DNA of 64,000 nucleotides from Owenia fusiformis (Eukaryota): NCBI GenBank assembly GCA_903813345.2, contig CAIIXF020000001.1, positions 34,844,001 to 34,908,000 of the forward strand, read 5' to 3'. Shown piece by piece: positions 34,401 to 47,467 of this stretch (position 1 is its first letter; each line of letters starts with the position of its first letter). The notes under the pieces were generated by a model. It saw only the letters and a program-made list of their open reading frames with translations, ran no database searches and was not told where the DNA came from. The position numbers and the translations under genes were made by a program.

Positions 34401-37400
34401 AACGTTCGCTAATATGCACTGAAAAAGCACTCAAAAAGGACAAAATTTGATTGGTCAATCTTTTCCCACTATGCATTTCGCGTAGCTATTTGCGTGACAC
34501 GAAAGTTCTAAATCAAACTAACTACTCAATTTTGTTTTTACACTCGCACGCTAAATAAAACAATGACACCATCGGAAGTATTCTTCTTTGTCATTGCTTT
34601 AATAGTCAGTATACCGAGTTTAATCAATAAAAGATTGTACAACGAACAACAAAATTCGGAAACGAGTACTATAGATTTGCTTTCGGACCACTGAACGGAT
34701 TGACCTAGATAATAGCGACGCGTCTTCTTTGGTCTACTGTTCAGTTGTTTGTGGGTTTTCAACGTAACTCTATAATGGAAGATGAATACTTTTATTCAGT
34801 TGTTGCATCGATGTCGCAGTTTGTAGTGCGGTAAAATTGGCATGAAAGTATTGAAAGTCGAATTGGAATTGTTTTTTCCAATATGGCGACTAGTCTACTG
34901 ATCACGTGACCTTCTCTTCCGGAATATTTTCTCACTTTTCAATCATCGTTTTCACCACGCTATGAATTAATACAATGAAAAAAATAGCTGTTATATTAAG
35001 ATTAATGAGAGATCAATCGTTTCTAATAATTTTTTCTGTACTCTCCTACGGGAATATGAACGAATATATCGTTTGAAAAATAGGTGTGAAAATCCCCATG
35101 TTAAACCTATGAGGGAAAATAAGGAAGTATAAATTTGTTCCTCCGCGAACTGCATCATGGGAAATATTTTGCCCTTATAAGGAAAGATTTTCGCGTCTTC
35201 TCTTTTGAAGAGGGAACAACGATTTCGAGAATTATTTCGACATATCTCGCTGAATGGATACATATTTCATTTGCAACGATGACATTTATACCTATTAGTG
35301 CATATAACTAGTGTCAAAGTAGTAATATCCCTATGGAGGGTCACATTTGCACGTACTTGAAATCACATTATAGATTTTCTCTTTTTGTGACACTGCATTA
35401 CCCCTTTACTTAGTACTTTCAGATATCATTGAAATGTGCTGTCTTCGTTTTGTTTCAGAAAAATATGTACTGTCTTCGTTTCCATTAGAAACTGTCTTTG
35501 TTTCATAAGGAGGAAATCGTTTTGCAATTATTCAAACAATTACTGTATGGATTTCTTAGGTATGGCCATATTTCGAAACCGGAACCTACGCATTATACGG
35601 GCCAAATATTTAATTGAAATTTGAAGGATGAAGGTGAAAAAAATGGAGAAAACAAAATTATTATAAACCGGAAGCCTGGCCATTCTGAAACGAAGACATA
35701 ATGTCTGACATCTCCAGTGCATATAAAAATGGAGACAACGTGTCTCCACTGATACAAGGTTTTAATCTTAAATGCATTTGACAAAATCTCTTTAACATTA
35801 ATTATTAAAACATTGATTTTCAAATTCTGTTGATACTTAAATAGTTTACTTACCACAGTCAACATCAATCCTATGATCGCACTTGGCTGTAATAATAAAT
35901 TCGATGAACTTAATAATTGATAACACCTGAAAATTATTTTTTGATTAGAATGATGATAGAATGTAATTAAGCACATATATGCACAGTGACCACCATCAAT
36001 CTTCATTATTCAGTTATTAGACTGAAAGTGCGGTTACTCTTTTGACTTCCGTTTGGACTCCCGTTTTTGTTTGGTCATAATCACTGAGTTTGTGTATATT
36101 TCATTTTATTTTTAACTTCAGTTGAGTCTCAATAATCTAAGCATTATTTTGATACTTAAAACATGGTCAGAATCAATTGCAAATCGCAGATATTGAGCCT
36201 TAGCACAAATTTCTTACTTTTTTGGGCCAAAACTCTGCTCATGGACATGACCTCATATCTATTCTATAAAGATCCCCGAGAAATATTAAAAGAAAAATTT
36301 TCTGACAAGTTACAAAAATATCAAAGTTGAATAAACATAAAATATCACTGATCAAAGCCCCTGGCATGAGCAAATATTTAGAATTTTCTTTTTTCTAAGT
36401 TACCGGACTTCATTATATTTTGTTAGATATTAAATAGATGGTGCTGACTATGCATATATAGCAATAGAGTTGGGAATTTCATTCGATCGGTGATGATGAT
36501 AATATAACAAAATAACAAAATGAAAACGGTCAAAATAATAACGGCATACGTTTAAGATTGCATAAAACTTGATAAAACACATGAATGTACATTTATGTTT
36601 TAAGTAGCACTTATATCACCAAACACACTATAAATACACAAATGAAAAAGAGAAAGAAAAGACACAAAATCAGTTGGCAAATTTTCACTAGCCCATCGAA
36701 TATGGCTTTTAAACGAATCTGATAGTAAAAATGGTCGATCAGTTGTTTTGGAAAGTTTCATTTAAGCATCATTAAACTATGAATTAAAAAAAGTATCCTA
36801 CTATCACGATATCACTCATATGACACTCATATAAATCATAGTATATCCTCTATCAGTCTATACAGGGTGTGCCAAAAAAATTTTGCAACTTTTTCAAAAG
36901 GCTAGAAAAGTATCATAACATTACGGTATTAACATAAAAATTGATTTACAGAACGTTTAGGATATGCATATTTTACCATTCAAATATTTAAGCTAATACT
37001 GACTTCTAATTTTTTGGACAGATCTTTGAATATCAATGGTAAATTGTTCATGTATCCGAGATTTACTGCTTTTCCAAGAAAATGTGACTTTTAATGATTT
37101 TATGTGATCAATAATAACACATTCATTATGTTCACTAAATCTGCTACAATCTCTGATATCTGTCTATTCAATATCTAGTACAGTTTTATATCAGTATCTA
37201 CTCACTATGGTATTATGTTATACTGATCTATTAATTATTTATTAATCACATGTTCTTACATCCACCCTTTACCTTCACTATCGCTCCCAGCCATCGGGCA
37301 AGGGTCACTTTGGACTGGAGGAGGATACCTCTAGATTTATCAGTCCTGATGAATTGCTGCCCAATACACCAGATGCCAACCCCTGTGACTATCTCACATG

Positions 37401-40400
37401 GGGGCACCTGGAGCAGTTTATTGCAGTTATTGGTAATCCCCACAGAACCTATTGATCAACTAAAAGAAGTTCTGCAGGAGAATTGGAGAGAACTACTGCA
37501 AAATCGCTGGATCGCGCCATTGCAGATCCACCCTCGTATCTGTGTGATAGTGAAGGTGAAAGGCGGATGCATGGATGCATTTTTTAAATAGATAATTAAT
37601 AGATATATTAATAGATAGTCGGTATTAGCTTTAATATTAGCTTTAATATTTGAATGGTAAAATATGCCTATCTTAAAGTTTCTGTAAATCAATTTTTATG
37701 TCAATACCTCAATGTTATGATACTTTTCTAGCCTTTTGAAAAAGTTGCAAAATTTTTTGGCACACCCAGTATTTTATACTTACTACAGAGTACACCGTTG
37801 GAGCAAGAGTAGCCGGTGTCACCCTTACATTTACTACAAAATGGTCCTTGGCTGAATGGTGGCATGTCCACATAGTTTCCTCTGAAAGATAATTAGAATT
37901 AAATATTGTGGGAATTTTGAGAAAACTCCCACTAAATTGGAAATCTTTAAGTTAAAGAAGACAAGAAAAACTCTTGCGTTCAAGGTAACGCGAAATCTGA
38001 TTCCTAGTTATGTACAAGATATAAAGAAATCTTCAAAATCTTGGGGTAGAGCGTGCTCTTGGTGATCGACACGAATACAACATTCCTCCAAAACCATCTA
38101 CAAAGGTCCATGTGCAGTATCGCAAGTGATTTTAGACAGTTATATCTTTCACCATGAGTACTTTCTGGGTATAAATACAACGAGATATGCTATGAATATC
38201 AGAATGGCCTTTCAATACCATTCTACTTTTGAAGGTGTTTTGGACCCCTTGTTGAATACTCTTTTCATGCAATAAAAATCAGAAAAAGAAGATCCTCTTT
38301 TGAGCAAATAAGTTCAACATTTTGAAAAAATTGTTGACGTGGGATCCCTATTTATAATTTTTCGAATTGTTTGATTGATATCTTTATCATCATGGGGACT
38401 TCACTTGAAAGAAAACATATTGTTTTAATAAAAAAACACTGTATTTATGCCTTGAAAGTATTCATGGTGAAAGATATGACCGTCTAAAATCACTTGCAAT
38501 ACTGCACACGAACCTTTCTCAAATTCCCCAGCCATTGCACAAATAAGGACATGGAAAATAATTCATCGTGTTGTAAGGAACAGTCCCTCGATATCAGTCA
38601 TTAAGACTCGTTACAACAAATGGAAATACAGCTCGAACCCGGGTTCAGTGCTAACTAAAATTAAAAAGATTTTTACCAACATAATTTTATAATAATTTTA
38701 CAGAGTAGTAGATGAGGTATGGTTGCCCATGTAGATACCCACAGCAAATTATGACTCGATACTTGTATACAAATTGATCTTAAAGTTCAACTCATCTTTC
38801 ATCAATCATCGTCATTATTTTTCATTTCTTACATTTTCACAAGGATGCTGAAACACTCATAAATGACAGGACACTTGGTTGAGAACCAATATATAGCCAT
38901 GTGTATTTTTAATTTGCAAAGTTTAAATGAGAATCAGAGGAAAAGTACCCTGATTGAGAGTCCGGAGGGAAAGCAGAGAAGTACCCGGAGTGAGAATCCA
39001 TCGGAGAGGCAGAGTAGAGTATCCGGAGTGGGTGTCCAGAGACGCGGAGAAGTTACCCGGAGTTGAGAGTGCACGGAGAAGTAAAGAGAAGATAGCCGGA
39101 GCAGATACTACCATTTTTAAAATTTAGTCAAAGTGATGTCATATTTGAAATCTACATATAAAAGTAGATCTAAAAATATGATTTCAAAATTTGTTTATCA
39201 ACTTTGAAAATTTGATTTTTTTTTTAAATTTGACTTCTAGTTCGGGGAGATTCCCCATAGACCCCATGTTATAAAATCACAAAAAGTGAAATATCTTTTC
39301 TTGTATTAGACCGATCATATTTTCCTTTACTAGACATATTTTGATTTGCATAACTATTAGTTACATAGATACATAAGGGTGATTTGAAAATTGAACCACT
39401 AAAACTGATGAATATTCATGTTAAAGGAACTTTCTACTATGCCTGCCATGCTAGATCGGCCAGACTTTCAACAATATGTCCAAATCCATAACTAGAATTA
39501 CCCTAGAATATCCAACAATTCATAGATGAACAATTCATAGGTCTCCATGCGACCTATGCTATAGATAAACCACCAGAGGGTGATTTTTACATGGAGACAA
39601 GTTCATCTATGGAAGCCTGAAGTATTTCCCCTTGACAATGTAATGGTAGTATAATAGTGAGTCGTCAGACATTAGTAGTGCATGTCACTTACGGTGGGGA
39701 ATAGTTACATACAACCAGAGTATGTTTTGAATTCCTATATACGGTAACCCCATCTCCCCCATAGAGTGTTTCACACATTCTGGCGCCACAACCCATCCTC
39801 TCTGTAGCCGCCCATATGACCTAAACATAAGAGATAATAAGACATACATGAGATAGACGTCCTTGGTCCAGTCTTCAATTCTTAATATTGATTTCACATC
39901 TCGGGGTAGTAACAATATGACTAAAATATACCGAGCTCTCGTCTAGCTACAAGCCCTTCAACTACATGTGTTGTGTTGATTAAGGGAGACAGGGGTCCGC
40001 AGTCTTGAATTAACGAGATCATGAATTCCTGTAATACATGCCACAATCCAATAAACAAGATGCGAGTAAAAATAATCTTGATCTGCGTCATTAAAAATTC
40101 AAAATTCAGTCAACGTGATGTCATATTTGAAATCTACATGTAAAAGTACATCTAGAAAAATGGTTTCGAAAAATGTTATCAACTTAATTTTTTGGGAAAA
40201 TGTGACTTTTAGTTCGGGCAGATTCTCCATAGACCCCATGTTATAAAATCACAAAAAGTGAATCTTTTCTTGTATTGAACAGATAACATTTTCTTTTACT
40301 GGACATATTTTAACTTGCATAACTATTAGATACATAAGGGTGATATGAAAATTGAACCACTAAAACAGTAATGTACGAGGCCCGATCAGAGAGTAAGTAA

Positions 40401-43400
40401 CTAACTGCTCTCATTTTTCATATTCCCCATGTGACTAAATCCTAACTTCTTGCAAAGATGTTGTTACGGAGAGTCCGTTTGGACAGCAATAAAGCTATCA
40501 TCAAAGCTTTCAATGGCAGTTTGCAGTCATTGAATGATGACATGTTTAAGGACAGAGTGAAACATTGCCTCAACTTCATTGCCTTTGGCGGTGATTAATT
40601 TGAAGGACTATGAGTTAAAATGTAGTCTTACATGTAAATTTGATATATTTGGAGGTATTACAACATGTAGAAAAATTCTATAAATTATCTTCAAACGCAA
40701 CTTAAAACAGGGTGCCCCATCTACCCTAAACCATAGGAACACCAATAACAATAGTATTGATGCTAACCCATTGTGCCTGGTCTTGTTTAATAGGTTAATA
40801 TTTTCTACATCATCTGTGAAAATTTCAATGTAATTGAATAAAGTATGAAGAAATAAGAGCAGTTGGTTACTTACTTTCTGTAAGTTAAAGGGAACTTTCT
40901 ACTATATGCGCCATGCTATCTGACCCAAACAAGCCACCTGGTGGTGAAACTGGTAAGTGCCTACTCGCATCTGAGTTATTATGGCTTAGAATAAGATGAT
41001 TGTGATCATCTTACTCAATCATTCAGAATTTCTGCCGAAAGCTTCAAGAATACAAGCAGCAAAGCAGTATACCTGAGTGTAATGGCCACAAACTTTTCCC
41101 TCGGCACAAGAGGTGGAACTTGGATCGTAATGCGGTTTCTCATTTTCGTACCACCCAACCAAAGCTCTATCGGTTATCTCATTGTCTATCGGATGATATT
41201 CTGACCCACTAACGTAGTACATATTCTGGCCAACCACATTACCGTTGCAACTGAAACAGACATCACATCAAATAATAATGGAATATAATAATAATCATAA
41301 TGATATTGATGATGATGATGATGATAATCATGTCAATCATTTACTTGTGAAAATAGAGTGGTACTGTGATTGAATTATTTTGGTGAAATTGCTAGAATAT
41401 GATATCATTATTACTCAATGTAATCCCCATGGTCCCAGATACACTTGTTAGCTCGGAACTGAGCCATCATGGCTAACTCTTGGTTGTATGTCAGCTTATT
41501 CTCGTCAGAAATTCCAAATGTAACGGCCTCATTAAATCTTCGTTCGTTGTGTGCCTCAACCATGTATTGCTGCCACCCGTCAGTTGGTAAATTGTCTGCT
41601 ATGACGTTACACGTAGAACGCTTCTCACCTGTAGTGGAAATAGTTTGATTAAAGGTAAAGTTGAGAGCCTTGGAAAAAGTATCACCAAAATATCTTGTAG
41701 CTCAGATCTTTCAGGATAATTTACCATGTATCTGACAAGAATGAATTCGTTTTCATAACATTCTATGGCCTTCGATGCAAGTAGAAATATTCCTGATTTA
41801 GGTCACCAAATATTAAAGTGATCTCATATTTGAAATCGACATATAAAATTACATCTTGAAAAGTGTATCAGGTTTGATATTTTAATTTTCTTTGAAAGTG
41901 TGAACTCTATGTGACTGTCGGATAGAGCTTATGTTAAAACCATTCAAATTGATATGTTTTTTATATGTTGGTTGAACATATAATATTTTATTATACTCAA
42001 TTGTATAATCATCAATCTCAAAAGGTTACATTTATTTGAAGACTAAATCCATTGAAACTTCGAGTTTATGGGAGCTTTTTGGTTATTTTAAGCGGTATTG
42101 AAAAATACATAATAGTATTCTCATACCACCGTTATTCTAAAATTAGAGGTTTGTATTTTGGACCACTATAGTATTTAAATAAATATTACAATTTTATTAA
42201 GTAAGGAATATTGAAGATAAACTTACGGTCAGACATGTCAGAAGCATCATGAACTACTTGATGTGCTGCTACGAAAACTTTATCACTGAAAAAGTACAAT
42301 CGATCTTACAAAGCAAGATGCAATCACAATTTACAATAATTATATTCATGGTACATATTTCTTAGAAATAAATGGACAAAACATTATCTTTCACATACAT
42401 ACTTTTTTATTATCCAACGGAACAAAACAACATACAGTATTTACCAAATTACCAAAGGAATGGTATCGATATGGAGAACTTTTTAAAATCAACCAAAAAT
42501 TCCTTTGTATAACTATAATATTGAGAGGTCTAAAAACATGTTGTATATGCTATTTTGTTCCAACAAGGTTAGGAAATAAATTTTATTTCATTCTCAAGAA
42601 TTGGTAGAAAGGAGCAAAAACAACTGCACTAAAAAAACAAAAAATGTTAACAAAAACAGATATATAAAATATTTCTAAATAATTTTCGCATTAAATCAAT
42701 CAGTCAACATTACATAAAATACCGTGTTTTTTACAGAATCTCCATATCGATACCACGCCTTTACCAAATTGGGGACCCATTCTGAATTATAAATAATTGT
42801 ATCAATATCTAGGAGGTACTCTTCTAGTGTCTCATTTTTCAAAAACGTTGACGTGACATATCTCAATGTAAGTTACAGTTTAAAATATATTTATTCGGGA
42901 AACGTTTGGCTATTTTGTCCCTGCAGCCATTTTGAATTAACATCTCGAAAAATAATGGCAGATATCTTCTACAAATTCAGTTGAGGCAGACATTATTTAA
43001 ATTAAAGCAAAAAATGTCAGATTTTGAAAGGATTTGGTGTTATTTTTGAAATTAACCCGTTTTCAGAAGTTATAAGCCAATAAGGCATTTATTATTTAAA
43101 TATGGCCAAAGTTGGTAAAAACATTCAAATGTCATTTCTACGGAACATGGAACCTGGGAACCCATATTTTGAATGAAGCGTTAATTTTTAATGAGGGCCA
43201 CTGATTTTTGAAAAACCTTAAAAAATATTACATTAAAAACACCCCAAGTTGCTAAAGAGAAATTAAAGTGAAAGCTAGCCCGATTTTTAATGGTCACATA
43301 TTTGGTCAGAGAATTATTATTCCTACTTACACAGCTTCCTCCTTGTCTGCGGATGCCGGTACACCATTCCCCATCCCTAAACACATTAGTACAGTTAGCA

Positions 43401-43431
43401 AGACAAATGTGAGAGGCACATGCATTTTCAT
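31465..43431 (-). CDS. Secreted CAP/SCP-EGF-like-ShKT protein, paralogue 2, 353 aa. Exons: 43331-43431, 42227-42285, 41415-41628, 41073-41250, 39693-39820, 37784-37881, 35854-35886, 33575-33685, 31756-31885, 31465-31474
   Basis: Same exon number and phases as paralogue 1 (exons 3, 4, 6, 7, 8 and 10 have identical lengths); 1062 nt open frame. Signal peptide MKMHVPLTFVLLTVLMCLGMGNG. Motifs HNERR, GQNMY, CGHYTQVIWA, VVCNYSPPGNY, ...FMQQNCKDTCACP*. Confidence 0.9.
31965..32484. mobile_element. Second MITE family with CAC...GTG termini and 5-bp TSD (Transib-like)
   Basis: TIR CACCCTTGGTATA(C/G)GCAGCTAAC; TSD AACGT at 31960-31964 and 32485-32489; internal GACCGGT(A/T)CGGG repeats near both ends. 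Confidence 0.82.
32564..33556 (-). mobile_element. Deleted Tc1/mariner element with transposase remnant
   Basis: TA-flanked TIRs CAGTGCGTATCAAAAAAACGCAAC / GTTGCGTTTTTTTTATACGCCCTG; minus-strand remnant SPDLKCCDFFFWSYLRS resembles the SPDLNPxD..WGYLK motif. Confidence 0.8.
34371..35229 (+). mobile_element. ~860-bp non-coding element flanked by AATT, copy 1
   Basis: Inverted homologue at 62638-63504; homology stops exactly at AATT|CTC...GAG|AATT in both copies. Confidence 0.8.
36863..37769 (+). mobile_element. Deleted Tc1/mariner element with C-terminal transposase remnant
   Basis: TA-flanked long TIRs CAGGGTGTGCCAAAAAAATTTTGCAACTTTTTCAAAAGGCTAG; frameshifted remnant PNTPDANPCDYLTWGHLE...IDQLKEVLQENW...RICVIVKVKGG. 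Confidence 0.82.
38103..38517. mobile_element. TIR MITE (AAGG...CCTT ends)
   Basis: ~60-bp inverted arms GTGCAGTATCGCAAGTGATTTTAGAC...CTTTCACCATGA and its reverse complement. Confidence 0.7.
38945..39105. repeat. Degenerate purine-rich short tandem repeat (GAGAAGTACCCGGAGT-like)
   Basis: Five recurrences of a CCGGAG core. Confidence 0.55.
39115..40920 (+). repeat. Two direct copies of an ~330-bp element (39115-39450 and 40095-40920); the second is interrupted by a mariner relic
   Basis: Shared GTGATGTCATATTTGAAATCTACAT...CCATAGACCCCATGTTATAAAATCAC...GAAAATTGAACCACTAAAAC; homology resumes at GGAACTTTCTACTAT (~40891). Confidence 0.75.
40375..40880 (+). mobile_element. Mariner relic
   Basis: TA-CGAGG start; inverted CAGAGAGTAAGTAACTAACTGCTC / GAGCAGTTGGTTACTTACTTTCTG; remnant VRLDSNKAII...FIAFGGD*FE resembles the mariner C-terminus. 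Confidence 0.65.
42455..42760. mobile_element. TIR element; longer related copy at ~44321-45064
   Basis: Ends AAGGAATGGTATCGATATGGAGA / TCTCCATATCGATACCACGCCTT; internal block 42500-42740 matches 44750-45000. Confidence 0.65.
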
Positions 43432-46400
43432 ACTATCTTTCAGACGGAACGACCCTGATAAGTCCAACACTCCTTGTTGTTTTGTAGCGAGGGATTGTTC
43501 CAATCTGTCTTCGACTTCTAAACGATTGCATTTAACAGTGTGTGGACAAAACGCACCTTGTCATACACCATCAAACAATAGATTCAGATAATACCAAACA
43601 TTACATAAGCACTGGAAACTTTTAAAATTTGCTCCCTATTCATTAACCTATGGTCATAAAGGGCCGTTGTTTTCATGACTTCCGTTTGGGGAAAATCATA
43701 ATTGTAAAGCGGAATTGAATTTCTAAATTATTTTTCAAATAAACACTTATTGGAGTAATTATTTTGGAAAGATTTAAGTAAAATTTCAAGACCTCGAACT
43801 TTGAAACCTTAACTGAAACAGTCTGTTTAGTAAATATTTTCTTACTGAGTAGGCTTCCGTTTACTCGAGGCTAACACGACAAGTAACAACTTTGACCAGT
43901 GTTAGCTCTGACAAATTAAAGTCTTTGTAAAGGCAAATCCCAGGAGGCAAATATACATTTTATAAGTTCAAATTCAAAGTTGAAATATTTCAAAGTTTAA
44001 TAGAATGACAATGATTGGTATCATTTAAGGAAGTAACACGGGGGAGTAGCTATTCCAGTGTAAATGAGTATTCGGGGCTCAGAATCCGAGTTCCACACCC
44101 AGTTTTACTTTTGTAAACAACTAGGCTATAACATAAGTATATTCTTTTTTTTCATACTTCGAACATTTTCCATTCATTTTTCTTGGACTAAGGATGGTGT
44201 TTTAAGCATAGAAATTTTCAGTCGTGTCCTCGAAGTCATTAAGCAAGTAAACACTTGTTGATATCGAATCGAAGTCGTAATTCAGGGGCCATTTATACGC
44301 GGGTCCTCTCAGGAAAGACAAAGGATTGGTATCGATATGATGAACCTTTTGAACACGCGTTTCCAGTCATCAAAACATTCTGAAAATTTTGCACATCGTC
44401 GATTTAATGGTCATCTTTTGGATGGCAACATTATAATTTGAATTATATATATTTACTTTTCTCTATATTGTTTTAGAAAACAAATCAGACACTTCTTTCG
44501 TTCTTGGTATCATACGTTAATAGGTATTGGAAATAAAGTAAAATTACGTTTCCATCAAAAGTATGCGTATTTTCATCGCAGGTTAAGTAAATAAAAATTC
44601 AAAGGTTAAGAGGCTTTAACACATAGTTCAATGGGGGAATTAAGGTTGCCAAACTTATGGAGGTGAGTGTATCTTGTTAATGAAATAAAAGGTTTATCTT
44701 AATTTTTATCAATTTTTGAGGGGTTTTGTTTTAAGTTTTTGCATACTAAATTTCCTTTGCATAACTATAATATTGAGAGGTCTAAGAAAATATTTTATAT
44801 GCTATTTTGTTCCAACAAGGTTCGGAAGGACATTTTATTTCATTCTCAAGCATTGGTAGAAAGGAACAAAAAACAATTGCACTAAAAACAACGAATGATA
44901 ACAAAAACAGTTATACAAAATATATAAAAATTATTTTCGCATTAAATTGTTGTCAATCAGTCAACATTACATAAATGACCGTGTTTTTTAAAGAATGTTT
45001 TCAATGATTGGTTTAAGAGAAAAACATTGTTGAATTCAGTTTACCATATCTATATCTATCCTTTGCCTCGAGAACCCCAAACATGGGTTTCCATGAACCG
45101 AGATCTAATTTAGTTTAAACTAAACTTTTTGAGAAATTGACACTTTAGTAAAGCCAGATTTATAGTGGTTTATAATGGCAGCCAATGAAGATTTTCCAAA
45201 ATTCAAATGTCATTATCTTTGGAACTAGCCAAAAGAAAAAATTTAATCCTTCTTATTTTGAAGATAATTATGTTATTGTAACATACTAGGAATATGGGCT
45301 TCATTGCTCTAGAACTGTTCTGCAGGGGGTCCTTTGAAGATCGCTAAACATTTTCCATACAGCTTTGAAATCTTGTTAAAGTCTCGTTTTTAATGAGATT
45401 TTAGGAGATCTGCATTTTTAACCATTAAAGACTATAATTTTCTTCCATTTGATGGCATATTTGAATTCCCTGTGTAATTTTCTATCAAAACAACTTTGAT
45501 TTGCACTGTTCTGTGCCTTTATTCAAATTCTAATGATTTTCTAGTTGTCTAAAAAAGGTCGGGCTAAATCCCCATTGACACAATGCTGAAAAACCTTTAA
45601 AAGTTCATTTACTCTTACAAGGATCACAATTTTAATGTGAAATCACAATCCACATGTCAATAAGATCATATAGTTACATTCCAATGGTGTTTTAAGTTTA
45701 TCCAAATGGAATTACTTCTTCAATCAAAAAATTAAGTGAATCTGACAATACATTCACATGTATTCTAGCCCTACCATAGCCCTACCAATACCCATGATGC
45801 CATCTATTTTCCATTTATATGGAAAAAGGTCACTTTAGGTTACTTTAACAGTCAGTCGAAATTTATAGTTTCGCGTGCAACTTAACGGCTTAATAAAGAA
45901 ATTTTCAGAAATGTGCATGTTTGATTCTTTTAAGTCAATATATTAACTCTTGAAATCTGTAATATTAGAGAGTTTCATCGTGAATCTTTTGAGAAAATGA
46001 TATTTTAGTAAAGCAAATATTTATTGCAGGTTGTGTAGACCGTTGATGCTTGATTTAAAGCAAAAACATTGACTTTTGCACGTTGGTGGCGTTGCACCTT
46101 TTTTAATAGATCTTATACCTAAGAAGAGAATCGGCTAAAAAAAATTCGTAGAATACGTGACATATTTTACCATACCGTGCGCCTATTCGTTTAGCAATTA
46201 AATCATAAACCTTTTCTTGAAAAAAATAATTTTTGCAGATTTGTTCATTTTTCTACCAGAAATTGCTTGCTCCCCCCCCCCCCCCCTCCGTCCCATTTTC
46301 ACGATCACCGGGCGTGATTCTATCCCGATAAAAAAGAAAGGACAAGTACTCGGTACTAGTGACATCTTCACGAGACATCAATAATTTGTACATGTATCAG

Positions 46401-47149
46401 TCTCGTTTTGAAAATGTTTACTTATTGCTTGTAAAGATGGCTCTTTTGCAGTTGGATCTTCATTATGCTTCAGAATGCCACAATGGGAGTCTTTTAGCTT
46501 TGGAACATAGAAATGATTTTATTAATACAATATAACCTAAAATGAATACTAAATGAAGCATAACTTAATTTGATGGCAATGTTGCGATGTGATGGATTTT
46601 TAATCTCTTGAAAATGGCGGGTTCCGTAACCCCCAATGGAGGGACTAGAAAACTACTACTACAATGAACTCCAAAACTGTTTGATTTAAGATACAAAGTC
46701 AAAATTCTAACAAAAAGTTTTCAAATGATTCGAATTCTGATGATTTTTAAGATCAATTAATCCAGTCCATTTATAAAGGTAGAATCTTTTTGGCTCATAT
46801 CATTCCTTATCATCAGGTCATGTCTATTTACTAAAAATCCCCCAAACTAACTAATTTTTCTATAATTGTTGCCATTATCATTTCGGAGAATTTCAACATT
46901 TCCTCCTAATTTTGCAAGTAGTGAATCCTATAATAACTTCACTAATTTATAACATACCGTGGACCTTTTAAGAGATATTATTGAGATTGTAAGGAATGAT
47001 TGGTAGGTCATTTGTACATTTTGTTTGCAATTTTGTTGAGGTTGCCCGAAATCTGATTCTCCCTTCATTGTAGGCTATCCTCTTGCATCAAAAACTCTGC
47101 TTCATATTTTATAGCCTAAGCGTATGGTCTACGGTCAACTTTACCTATA

Positions 47150-47330
47150 CAGTAAAATCTGTGCATATATAACATTTTTGCCGAGAAAAAACGTTCAGTG
47201 TAAGACTTAGTTAGGTGCTCAATACAGAACGGGTAATCCATACAGAAGTCAGTAGAGTATGTGCAGAGGAAGGGCGTCCACTGAGACAGGTGTTCACTAA
47301 GAGAGGTGTTCACTAAGCCAAGTTTTACTG
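47150..47330. mobile_element. pogo/Tc1-type MITE (TA-CAGTAAAA...TTTTACTG-TA); relatives at ~1-297, ~23776 and 58230-58356
   Basis: TA TSD, CAGTAAAA termini, internal GGTGTTCA repeats. Confidence 0.65.
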
Positions 47331-47467
47331 TAGCCCTATCTGTATTTTGTGTTCGCCATGTCTTCCTACTTATACTAGGCTTCTATGGTGTCTGATTATG
47401 AAGCAACCTACCAAGGATTGAGTAGTAAGGTATTGACTAGTCCTACACGTTTAGGCTCTATGCTATT

